A stretch of DNA of 64,000 bases from an uncultured Candidatus Sumerlaeota bacterium (lineage in GTDB: Bacteria > Sumerlaeota > Sumerlaeia > SLMS01 > JAHLLQ01), in the NCBI GenBank assembly GCA_964580585.1, contig CAZOKZ010000013.1, positions 52-64,051 on the forward strand. The letters are read 5' to 3'. Shown one piece after another: positions 10,284 through 19,885 of this stretch. The translations under genes and the position numbers were made by a program. Every line of letters starts with the position of its first letter. Positions within the stretch are counted from its first letter, which is position 1. A model generated the notes under the pieces. The model was not told the DNA's origin, did no database searches, and was given only the letters and a program-made list of their open reading frames with translations.

Positions 10284-11414
10284 ATGGATTCGATTCGTGC
10301 CTTTTTTGTACTGTTGGTGATGGCTGCGGGCTCCTGGGCTCCCGCCTCGAACTTAACGGTGAATTTCAGCACCCCCACAGGGGTGGAGCCGAAATTCAGC
10401 GAGGTTCGGTTCGTGTTGAACTATCAAAGCAGTCCTTATTCCCCGGCGGTCGAGCTGATGGAATACGCGCATGAGGGGATCAATTTCTCCAAAACCATGG
10501 AGGAACTCCCACGCGGTCGGTATTCTTTGTTCGTGCACACGGGCAAAGCCGGCGATGCCATGGATGCCAATCGACCGGGGGCTTTCAACTTTTATGACGA
10601 GTTCAATTTGGCCGGAGAGGATAGTAAAACTTTCGACCTGAAATGGGAGCCACTTGAGATTCCCAATGTGCACGGTTCAGCGGTGATGAACGGTCAGGTG
10701 CTCAAAAGCAGCGGCGATCCACATCCGGGTTCGATTATCCGACTGATGCTCTATATTCCGTCAGCGGGTTTTTTGACCGTGGCACAGGGGACCTCGAATA
10801 AAAACGGCGATTTCTCGCTCAAGGACATCAATCCCGATTATCTTTATGTTCTGAGAATGGACGATAATATTTTGGCCCAACGATTCCGCGTGATGGAGGA
10901 TCGAGCCATTACAATTCGTCTGGAACCGATGGCTGGAGAAATGGCGCCCGATATTAAACTGGTTTCACTCGAAGGCGGCGAGGAATCGATGCTCAGCGAA
11001 CGGCGTGGGAAAATCGTCGTTCTGGATTTTTGGGCAACCTGGTGCGGACCCTGTCAACGTCCAATGGCAAAACTGAATTCACTCTATGAAACATATCCCG
11101 AGTGGAAGGACAGAGTCGAACTGATTGCCATGAGCGTGGATTTCGACGCGGAAAAGATCACTCGGCACCTGGATAAAAATGGCTGGCACCAGGTAACCAA
11201 CGTTTGGACAGGCGCTCCCGACGGAATGAGCGCGGCCCAACCCCAGGCGTATTCGATTCGTGGCATTTTCATCGTTTTTGTGATCGACGCCGAAGGAAAA
11301 ATCGCCGCCACGGGCAATCCGAACGTCGTCGATATCGTCCCGGTTGTGGAACGTTTGCTCGGTGAGCTGAAAACCGAAGCGAACGAGATCGCCGAAACGG
11401 AAAACGAATCTTGA
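10284..11414 (+). CDS. secreted TlpA-like thiol-disulfide oxidoreductase with N-terminal beta-sandwich (carboxypeptidase-regulatory-like) domain
   Basis: Signal peptide. Redoxin domain with a WATWCGPCQ active site near the C-terminus. 376 aa. Confidence 0.75.
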   Translation: MDSIRAFFVLLVMAAGSWAPASNLTVNFSTPTGVEPKFSEVRFVLNYQSSPYSPAVELMEYAHEGINFSKTMEELPRGRYSLFVHTGKAGDAMDANRPGAFNFYDEFNLAGEDSKTFDLKWEPLEIPNVHGSAVMNGQVLKSSGDPHPGSIIRLMLYIPSAGFLTVAQGTSNKNGDFSLKDINPDYLYVLRMDDNILAQRFRVMEDRAITIRLEPMAGEMAPDIKLVSLEGGEESMLSERRGKIVVLDFWATWCGPCQRPMAKLNSLYETYPEWKDRVELIAMSVDFDAEKITRHLDKNGWHQVTNVWTGAPDGMSAAQPQAYSIRGIFIVFVIDAEGKIAATGNPNVVDIVPVVERLLGELKTEANEIAETENES

Positions 11415-11439
11415 TCCTGTGGGCAGTCACCTCAAGATT

Positions 11440-11530
11440 CGGATTGGCCTCGAATCTGACGGTGAACTTTGATCCGCCCAGCGATGTCCGCGAGAGCTTC
11501 GATCAATTCCGGGTCGTTTTCGGTTGTGCA
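11440..11530 (+). pseudogene. remnant duplicated 5' fragment of the TlpA-like gene (ASNLTVNF... segment)
   Basis: The translation 'LASNLTVNFDPPSDV' parallels N-terminal residues 'PASNLTVNFSTPTGV' of the 10284..11414 product. The nucleotides are similar too (gcctcgaacttaacggtgaatttc vs gcctcgaatctgacggtgaacttt). No complete ORF follows; the region overlaps the 3' end of moaC on the other strand. Confidence 0.35.
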
Positions 11531-11551
11531 AGACCTGCTTGCAAAAGGGCG

Positions 11552-12043
11552 TTAGGGAAACTCCACGTCGCCGCTTTTCCCCCCCGTTTTTTTCCGCAAC
11601 CGTACCGCTTCGATGCGCATGTCTTTTTGCAACGCCTTCGCCATGTCGTACAGCGTCAGCAGGGCGACGCTTGCCGCCGTCAACGCTTCCATTTCCGCCC
11701 CCGTGCGTTCACTGACGCGAATCGTCGAACGCACCACCGCGCAACAGCGTTCGGTGTCGTGTACGATCTCGATCCCCACGTGCGTTGTCGCAATCGGATG
11801 ACAGAGTGGAATCAAATCCGCCGTGCGTTTGGCGGCTTGAATACCTGCCACGCGTGCCACGGCCAAGGCATCGCCTTTCGCCAGTTGACCGCCAAACAAC
11901 GCTTCGAGCACCTCGGCTCGCGCGTGTAATTCACCTTCGGCGATGGCTTCGCGCGCCGTGATGTTTTTTGCTCCCACATCCACCATGCGAGCTTCGCCGC
12001 GTTCGTTCAGATGAGTCAGTTTGTTCGGATTGTTTTCTGACAT
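11552..12043 (-). CDS. moaC: cyclic pyranopterin monophosphate synthase MoaC
   Basis: 163 aa with clear MoaC family sequence (LTHLNERGEARMVDV...LIPLCHPI...VALLTLYDM). Confidence 0.9.
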   Translation of the reverse strand: MSENNPNKLTHLNERGEARMVDVGAKNITAREAIAEGELHARAEVLEALFGGQLAKGDALAVARVAGIQAAKRTADLIPLCHPIATTHVGIEIVHDTERCCAVVRSTIRVSERTGAEMEALTAASVALLTLYDMAKALQKDMRIEAVRLRKKTGGKSGDVEFP

Positions 12044-12106
12044 ATAAGGGGGGCTCGATATTGATAATTTAAGATAGAATGGAAAAGTGCGATTTCGCGA
12101 TGCTGT

Positions 12107-13456
12107 TCAATCCCCAGGTCGGATCATCCGTAACTTTCGCATCGGTTTTTTCTTTTCCTGCGTATCGTCTGGTGTTTGTTCCTCTTCCACAAACTCGATG
12201 CCTTCTTCGCTTGCGGACGTGCCATCTCCAAGGGGCGGCGCCGGAGTTTCAGGCTGTTCGATCGATTCTTCTTCGGTCATGCGTTCGAGAATATGCAGCA
12301 ACTCGACACGCAACGAATCCCAATCGGATTGCGAGGAGTGCACCGCGTTCGTCAGCAACACCACCGAGACACCGGTCTCTCGATTTAACCCCAAATACGT
12401 TCCCGTGTATCCCGTGTGCGAGAGATGATTGCGTCCTGCGTCGTCGATGGCGAATCCACGGGTGCGATGGGCATAGAGAAAAATCGCGCCGCTTTCGGGA
12501 TCGTCCGATTGAGGAAAGCGGATACTTGGATCGTCCATCATGAATTTCGACAGGCACGTCATTTCAGGCATATCGGGGAACAGCTCGGGATGCAGAATTG
12601 CCTGGGAGAAGCGATTGATATCGCCTGCCGTGGAAAACAACCCGCTGTGGCCGGGACAATGACCAAAAGTCAGCAAAATATAATCGGCCAACGGATCGAA
12701 TGGCCGTCCGGGCAGCACGGTTTTGCTGGTGCGGGCGATGGTGACATCTTTCATTTTATTCGGTTCATACGTCGTGTTTGTCATTCCGAGCGGTCCCCAC
12801 AGATTTGCTCGGTCGAACGCTTCGAGATTGCTGCCCGAAGTCTCTTCGACCAACGCGCCGATTAAAACGTATGCCACATTACTGTAGCGCGTCCGTCGGC
12901 GGGGGTGAGGATTGCGGTCGAAGTAATTTTGCACCGATTGTGTCAGGGAACTGTACTGCCGAACGGCTTCCAGATCGTGCCAATCGATATAAACCGGCAA
13001 AAACGTGTCGTGATGCAGCGCCTCGTTCAGCGTTACGGTATCCAGCGTTGTGGTGTCGGCCAGTTCGCCTCGGCAGGACAAAATTCCGGCAGCGGGGGCG
13101 GTGGCGAGAGGTTTGGTCAACGAGGCAACATCAAACAAGGTGTCTCGCATCATCGGTAACGGCGGGTCGGTCGTCAGGTCGCGCCAACCTGCCGCGCGTT
13201 CATAGACAATTTTACCATCGCGTGCCACCGACAGCACGGCGCCGGGGACGCGGCCCTCGGCAACCGCTTTGTTCAGCGCCGTGTCCAGCGCCGTAAACAT
13301 ATTGTTTTGAAATCCGGAATCGTATTCAAACGTGCGGATTTCCGGTTCGACCTCTGGCGTTTTCGTCCGTGCGCACGAAGCCGCGCCCCATCCCAATGCC
13401 AACAGGCAGGCGACATGAAGCGCGGCTCGAAGGGTCGATTTCCAGAAACAGGTCAT
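12107..13456 (-). CDS. serine hydrolase, beta-lactamase/transpeptidase-like family (lipoprotein)
   Basis: 449 aa. Lipoprotein-type signal peptide (LALGWGAASC) and an S-x-x-K motif (DVASLTKPLA). Its start lies 7 nt from the stop of the upstream gene, consistent with an operon. Confidence 0.8.
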   Translation of the reverse strand: MTCFWKSTLRAALHVACLLALGWGAASCARTKTPEVEPEIRTFEYDSGFQNNMFTALDTALNKAVAEGRVPGAVLSVARDGKIVYERAAGWRDLTTDPPLPMMRDTLFDVASLTKPLATAPAAGILSCRGELADTTTLDTVTLNEALHHDTFLPVYIDWHDLEAVRQYSSLTQSVQNYFDRNPHPRRRTRYSNVAYVLIGALVEETSGSNLEAFDRANLWGPLGMTNTTYEPNKMKDVTIARTSKTVLPGRPFDPLADYILLTFGHCPGHSGLFSTAGDINRFSQAILHPELFPDMPEMTCLSKFMMDDPSIRFPQSDDPESGAIFLYAHRTRGFAIDDAGRNHLSHTGYTGTYLGLNRETGVSVVLLTNAVHSSQSDWDSLRVELLHILERMTEEESIEQPETPAPPLGDGTSASEEGIEFVEEEQTPDDTQEKKKPMRKLRMIRPGD

Positions 13457-13463
13457 GCGCTTG

Positions 13464-14783
13464 TCAGAATCCGATCAATTCGCTGGGCCACATGCACAGA
13501 TGCGAGGGAGTGCGCCCGCTGGTGGCGACCAAGGCGGCTTTACCGGTGGCGCCTTCATCGACCAGAATGACGGAAAATTGCTCCAGCTCATCGGGCAACG
13601 GGTACAAATCGCCGTCTTCACGGGTGATCTGCACCGGTTCGGCGGACGGTTCAGTGGCAATGTTGCCCACAAAGAGCGTCGCCTTGTTGGTTTCCGCGTC
13701 CACAATCGGGAGGAACACGACCGGATCGCTGCCCGAGAAGGCAACTTCCGGACGGCAAATGTTGGTTTTGTCGGACGTGTTGCCGATCCAGTAGTTTACC
13801 GGACCGAGCGGACCGTTGCTGGAACGATACCGGGCGGCGTAACCAATGACCCGGAAACCGGTCGGGTTATCTGCATCACGGTGTCCAATAGCAGTGACGA
13901 CAGCAAGATTACCTTCAATATCATAGGCCGTTGCGCCGTAATCGAGGAAATAATCGGTTTCCTCTTCGCTCAATTCGGACAACGGGTCTTTGAGTATATC
14001 TAAGAAGGCCATCGAGTTGTCGGCAATATGATCGCCGTTTTGGAGATTAAAAAAATCAATGTGAGGGCCATTGGTGTTTACTCGCGCCACGGTTTCGGCA
14101 TCGAGCGCAATCTCTCCCAAGTAGATATTGGGTTTATTGATGAGGAGTTGGGGAGTGGGAATATCGCCCGAATAGGCGGAAGCTCGCAAAGTTTCCGGCT
14201 TGTATGTGTAGATTTCAAATTCGGATTCCCGGATATCTGGCCAACCAACAACGGCCAGTTGAGCTGTCGGATTGAATGCAATCACCGGTTCGATGGCCGA
14301 GGTTTCAGGCGTGACTTCCACGAGCGGAAAACTGAAAGGCGATTCCTGCGCATTGCGTTCCAGCACCGCGCCTCGAATGTGAAATCCTTTCCACCAATCG
14401 GTTTGGCTGGAGCCCGGCGGCAGATTCCGTCCGTCGGCCCAAACGACAAAGGCCTCATCTGGGTTCAGCAACACGACATGAGGACGCCACATGGGGAATT
14501 CTTCGTGTTCCGAGACGACGATTTCCGGGCCTTCAGGTGCAAAATCGGCATTCACCCACTGCGCCATAATCACCAGCGGTTCGCCTGGATGGCGTTGGCG
14601 CTCCCAAGTCACGAGCCCACCGAATCCATCGGCCAACGCCGCGTGACATGCCTGATCTCCATCCGTGCCCGATGCAGGCTCGGAGCTGCAAAACTCCGCT
14701 GCTTGAAGCGGTTGAAACAACGTGGCGGCGAGCACACCTGCCATCAATCCTATTTGGCGACACACCCCAAAGCGATAACCCAT
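13464..14783 (-). CDS. secreted hypothetical protein
   Basis: The track ORF is 13464..14831. The most plausible start is internal, ATG at 14783 (MGYRFGVCRQIGLMAGVLAATLFQPLQAAEF, signal peptide). Confidence 0.55.
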   Translation of the reverse strand: MGYRFGVCRQIGLMAGVLAATLFQPLQAAEFCSSEPASGTDGDQACHAALADGFGGLVTWERQRHPGEPLVIMAQWVNADFAPEGPEIVVSEHEEFPMWRPHVVLLNPDEAFVVWADGRNLPPGSSQTDWWKGFHIRGAVLERNAQESPFSFPLVEVTPETSAIEPVIAFNPTAQLAVVGWPDIRESEFEIYTYKPETLRASAYSGDIPTPQLLINKPNIYLGEIALDAETVARVNTNGPHIDFFNLQNGDHIADNSMAFLDILKDPLSELSEEETDYFLDYGATAYDIEGNLAVVTAIGHRDADNPTGFRVIGYAARYRSSNGPLGPVNYWIGNTSDKTNICRPEVAFSGSDPVVFLPIVDAETNKATLFVGNIATEPSAEPVQITREDGDLYPLPDELEQFSVILVDEGATGKAALVATSGRTPSHLCMWPSELIGF

Positions 14784-14873
14784 CGCTGTACCCCCTCGAT
14801 TTTGAAAATGGAAAAGCAGATTACCGTTCATTGAATCTACAAGACAAGGCTAGATTTATTCAAAGCCCCCCGA

Positions 14874-14998
14874 GGGCGCATCTTGAGTTTGTACCCAAAA
14901 CGAAGGAAAAACCAAACCGCAAAGGCACCCGCCATAGCCTTGGCGCAGGCGGGTGCCTTTGTGGTGAATCTTTTAATCATTGGCAACAAAGTTGAGAT
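14874..14998. repeat. MITE-like member of the repeat family (short copy) with terminal inverted repeats
   Basis: TIRs GGGCGCATCTTGAGTTTGT / ACAAAGTTGAGAT. Inner hairpin ACCGCAAAGGCACCCGCC / GGCGGGTGCCTTTGTGGT with a G-U wobble. Flanked by direct repeats AGCCCC(CT)CCCCGAGGG (14864-14876 and 14999-15015). Confidence 0.65.
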
Positions 14999-15142
14999 AA
15001 GCCCCTCCCCCGAGGGACCAGCGTTGGCAACTTGACAGAGTGTGATTCCAGATTGACGACTTGACCCCGCGAGTCAATTCTCGGAAAAGTTGTAACAAGG
15101 TATTTCGCCATATTTGGCCATTCCGTATGAAACTGGGAAGCG

Positions 15143-15967
15143 ATGAAGAACATTTTGGTCATCGATGACGAGCAGGACGTTTTGGAGATCGTCCGTTCGG
15201 TGTTGAAAACCAAAGGTTACACCGTTCGGTGTGCCGTTGGGGGCGAGGACGGTCTGCGCCAGGCCGAGGCGGAAACGCCCGATATGATTATCTGCGACCT
15301 GATGATGCCGAAAATTTCCGGCATGGAAGTGGTCAAACGGCTGAAGAAAAACCCCGCATTTGACGAAGTGCCCATTATTATTCTCTCCGCCGTGGCGGCC
15401 GAAAGCGACAAGCCCGAAGAGTATTGGGCGCGTGGCCTTGGCGTGGACGAGTATATTTGTAAACCATTCGATCCATTGGACTTAATCGGTCGTGTGGAGT
15501 ATTTGCTCCGTCGCAAACATTATGTTTCGGCCAACCGCGCCGGGGCGACACCGATGCCCCGTCGCGATACGCCCGAGCCGCCTCCGGCATCTCGTCTGGA
15601 GACAGCCGGGCCCTCGGATATTTGCGCCATGTATGTCGAAACGTGGAACAGTCGCGACTGGGTGACGGAATACAACCTGATGGGCGAGGAATTAGTTGGC
15701 AATTACCCGATCGACGATTACGTGGGCCGTCGCCAATATGCCTATGAACAGGAAGAGCAAGGCCGCAGTCAGTCGGTGGCGGGCTACATCGAGGAAAAAA
15801 TCTCGGGCGTCATCGCCAAGGTGGTTCTCGAGCGCAAAGACAACATGGCGAACGGACGAGTTTGGATGAAAAAGTGCACCTTTACGCTCAAGAAAACCAA
15901 CAAGGGATGGAAAATCGTCCGCGTTCGCGACTTGCCTTTGCGCAAGTGCGATACGCAGTTTGAGTAA
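15143..15967 (+). CDS. response regulator (CheY-like receiver) with C-terminal uncharacterised ~150-aa domain
   Basis: Receiver-domain motifs (VIDDEQD...DMIICDLMMPKISG...KPFD). No DNA-binding output domain is recognisable. Confidence 0.75.
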   Translation: MKNILVIDDEQDVLEIVRSVLKTKGYTVRCAVGGEDGLRQAEAETPDMIICDLMMPKISGMEVVKRLKKNPAFDEVPIIILSAVAAESDKPEEYWARGLGVDEYICKPFDPLDLIGRVEYLLRRKHYVSANRAGATPMPRRDTPEPPPASRLETAGPSDICAMYVETWNSRDWVTEYNLMGEELVGNYPIDDYVGRRQYAYEQEEQGRSQSVAGYIEEKISGVIAKVVLERKDNMANGRVWMKKCTFTLKKTNKGWKIVRVRDLPLRKCDTQFE

Positions 15968-15978
15968 GCAAGGATGAA

Positions 15979-16256
15979 GGGGCGTATCTTGAGTTTGTTA
16001 CCAAAACGATAAAAAAAGCAAACCACGAAGGCACGAAGACACAAAGAAAACACGAAGGGGCTGTTTGCCTGCTTGCAATTTTCTCGCTCTTCGATGGCGA
16101 GCGAGCGAAAAAATCCGTCAAAAAATGGCGATTTCAATTTTTGAAAAGGCCTTGATGGAAAATCAATGAATACAATTTTTTCTTCGTGTTCCTTTGTGAC
16201 CTTCGTGCCTTCGTGGTGAATCTTTTAATAATTGGCAACAAAGTTGAGATGCGCCC
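15979..16256. repeat. MITE-like member of the repeat family (long copy, CACGAAGG flavour)
   Basis: Homologous to 14874-14998 at both ends (GGGGCGTATCTTGAGTTTGTTACCAAAACGA... / ...GTGGTGAATCTTTTAATAATTGGCAACAAAGTTGAGATGCGCCC). Arms AACCACGAAGGCACGAAGACACAAAG / CTTTGTGACCTTCGTGCCTTCGTGGTG. ~120-nt loop with an internal hairpin. Confidence 0.7.
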
Positions 16257-16329
16257 AGGAAGAGAGATAAATAATAGGTAATCTTGACCGAGTTTATCCC
16301 TCAGCTTTTTCATCCCTCATCCTTTGAAT

Positions 16330-16932
16330 TTACTCCTCTTCATCTTCCTGAAACGCGTCGCTTCCCGATTGCGAAAGAATCAGGTCGCCGAAGGACAACG
16401 TGCCGTTAGTCGGATCGTATAATACGGTCAGACCAAACGTGTGTGTGTTGTCCGGGCCGGCGCTGGTGATTTTCCATGTGCTGTATCCAAAATGCGCCCG
16501 CCAGATTTCCGTCATCGCCACATCGTTCGGGATATCGTTCCAGTAGGAAGTCGAATAATCGAACGTGTGCTTTCCATTGCTCAGAAAATGCGTGTGTCCG
16601 GGCCGTGTTGGGTTTTGCAGCCCGGGGTATTGAAACGGGTCCACCGGCAGCGAGGTGATGTAGGCCACGGGCGTGGTGACCTGGCTGAGGGAGTTGACCC
16701 ATCCCCAGTACGTAAATCCGGGCTCGCCATCGAATGGCGGACGTCCGTTGTCGGTGGCATAAGACTCGATGGCATTTGCCAGAGCTTTCATATCGGCGCG
16801 AGCCCGGCTGACTTTCGAGCGCGCTTGCGCTTCCAGCATATTCGGCACCGCGATGGCCGATAGAATTCCGATCACTGCAACCACCACCATCAATTCAATC
16901 AGGGTAAATCCGTATTTTTCAGTTATTTTCAT
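16330..16932 (-). CDS. prepilin-type N-terminal cleavage/methylation domain protein (pseudopilin-like)
   Basis: N-terminal 'GFTLIELMVVVAVIGIL' class III signal / N-methylation motif. 200 aa. Confidence 0.8.
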   Translation of the reverse strand: MKITEKYGFTLIELMVVVAVIGILSAIAVPNMLEAQARSKVSRARADMKALANAIESYATDNGRPPFDGEPGFTYWGWVNSLSQVTTPVAYITSLPVDPFQYPGLQNPTRPGHTHFLSNGKHTFDYSTSYWNDIPNDVAMTEIWRAHFGYSTWKITSAGPDNTHTFGLTVLYDPTNGTLSFGDLILSQSGSDAFQEDEEE

Positions 16933-16982
16933 GGAGCTGCTCTCCTGGATGTTTCGTCAATTGTTCAATAGATAAGTAGAGG

Positions 16983-18458
16983 TCACTTCATTTCGGAGAT
17001 TCTACGGTGTAGCGCTTTTCTGAACAGTTCCTGTTCGGCGGCGTCTGGGGGAGTTATTCCGTAGCGATCGGCCATGGCCACGATATCGGTGGCGACATCC
17101 GACGAACGTTTTTCGCCGCGGCGGAAAGCCGAGATTACTTCCTCGGCGCTTTGTTTTAATTCGGGGGAAGACATCATTTGATAGTAAATGTGAATGCCCG
17201 TATCGACTTGCGTTGCGTGGATGTACTCGATTTTATCGCTTAACTCGGGTTCGTAATGAACAACTTCCATGCTTTTATCAAACGGCTCGTCCTGAGCGAC
17301 AAAGGTGTTTCCGTTTCGGTCGGTCATACAAAGAAGAACGCTCTTTCCGTCGGGCACAGGCTTAATAACGATTTCTTCCATGTCGAACAAGACATCGTTG
17401 ATAGAGCTGAAATCCAAAGCGACTGCCGATCCAAATTCCAGAGTGAATTGATTGCGTGTTTGAGGTGTGATTTTGAACTCATGGAAGTTCGCTGGAGGAA
17501 TATCCGCTAGGAATTGTTCTCGCGAGATTTTGTTTTCAACTCGCTGGCCCACGTTCGGCATGGATGCCGTAGCGTTGGCTTTCGAATGATTGTACATCAC
17601 GCCTCCGCCCACGGCGGCGGCCACGATAACCGTGGCAGCGACGATTTTTGTTGTTCCCATAATGCTGGCTCCCGCGGTCAGTGTGCCGCTGATGGATTGC
17701 AGCAAACCTGCCAGGGAAAACGACCCCGCCGCCACATCCGCCCCTGTTTTCACGGTCGCCGTTTTGGCCGCCGCCGTCACCAGGGCTGCTTTGGCCTCGG
17801 GCGTCAGGAGCATGACCCCTGCCACGACCGCTGCCGACTGGCGAGCCAAACGCGGGGTTGAACGCTGGGGTCGGAGCGACACCCTGACGGCGTCTTCCAC
17901 GTCTTCGCGCATGGCTTCAATGGCCTTGTCGATCTGACGTCCCACGTTGGACGGATGCAGCCCAACACGATTGGCGATCTCCTTCTTGCTCATCCCTTCC
18001 TGAAAGTGCATCAGCACCAGTTCGCGCTGCAGGGGGGTGAGCTTCCAAAGAGCCTCGCGCATCAAGCCTTTCTCTTGTTCGTCCATGATCGCGTCTCGCA
18101 CGTCCGGTTGAGATGGGTCGGGCACGGTGTCGGTATGATCGCCGAATGGCACCATCTGGATCAGGCTCGAACGCGTGATTCCGCGCCGTTGCCAATCGGT
18201 TGCCAGATTCCGTGTCATCCGCGAGACCCAGGCCATGTACCGTCCGCCGTCCTTGAGCGCTTTCAGGTTCAAGTACGTGCGCAGGAAGACTTCCTGCGTC
18301 AGGTCCTCGGCGGCTTCGACCTCTCGCAGGCGCGAGAGTGCAATCGCATAAACCATCGAATAATGGCGCGCGATCAGTTCGTCGAAAGCCGTCGCGTTGC
18401 CCGATTGGGCTTCGCGAACCAGGACGGCGTCGGTTTTGGCATGAGTCGGAGCAAGCAT
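16983..18458 (-). CDS. ECF sigma-70 family factor fused to transmembrane/periplasmic C-terminal extension (sigma/anti-sigma-like single chain)
   Basis: N-terminal sigma region 2 (DLTQEVFLRTY) and region 4 (SKKEIANRVGLHPSNVGRQI). Hydrophobic Ala/Val-rich TM segment around residues 205-285, then a ~200-aa extracytoplasmic domain. Confidence 0.75.
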   Translation of the reverse strand: MLAPTHAKTDAVLVREAQSGNATAFDELIARHYSMVYAIALSRLREVEAAEDLTQEVFLRTYLNLKALKDGGRYMAWVSRMTRNLATDWQRRGITRSSLIQMVPFGDHTDTVPDPSQPDVRDAIMDEQEKGLMREALWKLTPLQRELVLMHFQEGMSKKEIANRVGLHPSNVGRQIDKAIEAMREDVEDAVRVSLRPQRSTPRLARQSAAVVAGVMLLTPEAKAALVTAAAKTATVKTGADVAAGSFSLAGLLQSISGTLTAGASIMGTTKIVAATVIVAAAVGGGVMYNHSKANATASMPNVGQRVENKISREQFLADIPPANFHEFKITPQTRNQFTLEFGSAVALDFSSINDVLFDMEEIVIKPVPDGKSVLLCMTDRNGNTFVAQDEPFDKSMEVVHYEPELSDKIEYIHATQVDTGIHIYYQMMSSPELKQSAEEVISAFRRGEKRSSDVATDIVAMADRYGITPPDAAEQELFRKALHRRISEMK

Positions 18459-18675
18459 CCGCGTGTTCCCTTTTCAGTTTGCCGTGGCGCTCATTGCGCC
18501 ATTCATTAACACAAGACGCGGGGAGGTGGGGTTAATTGCGCGCGCAGTGTAATTTTTTTCACCTCGATATTTTATTGTGTATCAAACAGGGTGCTCAATC
18601 GAGCCAAATTGCCTGGAATTCTGTTGGACGCCGCCGGTTGTATAGCAGTAAATAATGTGGAGTAAGTTATCGCTC

Positions 18676-18691
18676 CCAATACGCGTATTGG
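18676..18691. promoter_or_regulatory. perfect 16-bp palindrome CCAATACGCGTATTGG, candidate operator
   Basis: Exact inverted repeat, 34 nt upstream of the ATG at 18725, inside the probable promoter of the low-GC ATPase/DUF4276 cassette. Confidence 0.4.
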
Positions 18692-18724
18692 ATTTTCCGG
18701 AACGGAAATCAAGGAATAACGACG

Positions 18725-19885
18725 ATGGAAAACGACCGTTTGACGCGATTTAGTAGCCTTAAAATAAAAGGTTTCCGGCGGCTAAACGATTTGGAACTCG
18801 ATCTGCGTCCATTTACCGTATTGATTGGGGCGAATGGTGTTGGGAAAACCAGTCTTTTGGATGCATGGACTCTTCTGGCTCGGTCTGCAAAAGGAGAGTT
18901 ATCTCAAACGATTTCGGAAATGCATGGTTTGACAGCGATGCGTTCGGGTGGTGTGGCGGAACGTATATCATTTCAAATCTCTATGCTAATTGAGAAAAAA
19001 AAACCAATCCTTTACGATCTAAATTTGGCGCCAGAAGGAACAGGTTATGTGATTGAAAGAGAAGATTTGCATGAATATCAGGATTCTACTCCCTTTAGCC
19101 TTCTCACGTCATACCTTCATTATGTTTATTACTCAGACCCCAAAACACAACAATTGACTGAAGCTGATTGGGAGACCAAAGCTGGCCAGACAGCTCTTTC
19201 CCAAGTGCCCCCCATGTATAAAGAGCCAGAGCGATTTCGAAAAGCTCTGGCATCTTCCACATTTTATCATACACTGGATGTTGGTCCGCGTTCTCCCGTT
19301 CGTCTTCCCCAGCAAATGCATCCAGCCGAATTACCAGGCGCGAATGGAGAGGATCTCGTTTCTTGTTTATTCTATCTGCGCGAGACCGATAGCGAACGAT
19401 TTGAGGCGGTGGAGGATGCCTTGCGAGCGGGATTTCCCGGATTCGAACGCTTAGAATTTCCTCCCGTTGCGGCGGGTACACTCGCGCTCGCTTGGCGCGA
19501 CCGAAATTTTTCGCGCCCCATGTACATGCATCAGCTCTCTGAGGGAACATTGAGATTCTTGTGGTTGGTAACGTTGCTTCAGTCACCTGGATTGACCGAG
19601 GTAACGCTGATCGACGAACCTGAGGTGAGCTTACACCCCGAGCTTCTCAACCTCTTAGTTCATTTATTTCGCGAAGCGAGCCAGCGAACCCAGATCATTG
19701 TCGCTACCCACGCCGACCGGTTTGTTCGATTTCTCAAGCCTGAAGAAGTCGTGATTATGGATATTAATGAAGAAGGCTATTCGACCGCTACATGGGGAGA
19801 CGATCTTGATTTGGATCGATGGCTTTCCGATTATACGCTCGATGAGTTATGGGGAATGGGCGAAATGGGGGGGCGATCACGGTGA
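18725..19885 (+). CDS. ABC/AAA_21-type ATPase (OLD/RecF-like P-loop NTPase)
   Basis: Walker A GANGVGKTS, signature-like LSEGTLRF, Walker B LIDEPEVSLHP, and an H-loop IIVATHA. AAGGAA RBS. GC content (~45%) is markedly lower than the flanks (~60%). Confidence 0.75.
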   Translation: MENDRLTRFSSLKIKGFRRLNDLELDLRPFTVLIGANGVGKTSLLDAWTLLARSAKGELSQTISEMHGLTAMRSGGVAERISFQISMLIEKKKPILYDLNLAPEGTGYVIEREDLHEYQDSTPFSLLTSYLHYVYYSDPKTQQLTEADWETKAGQTALSQVPPMYKEPERFRKALASSTFYHTLDVGPRSPVRLPQQMHPAELPGANGEDLVSCLFYLRETDSERFEAVEDALRAGFPGFERLEFPPVAAGTLALAWRDRNFSRPMYMHQLSEGTLRFLWLVTLLQSPGLTEVTLIDEPEVSLHPELLNLLVHLFREASQRTQIIVATHADRFVRFLKPEEVVIMDINEEGYSTATWGDDLDLDRWLSDYTLDELWGMGEMGGRSR

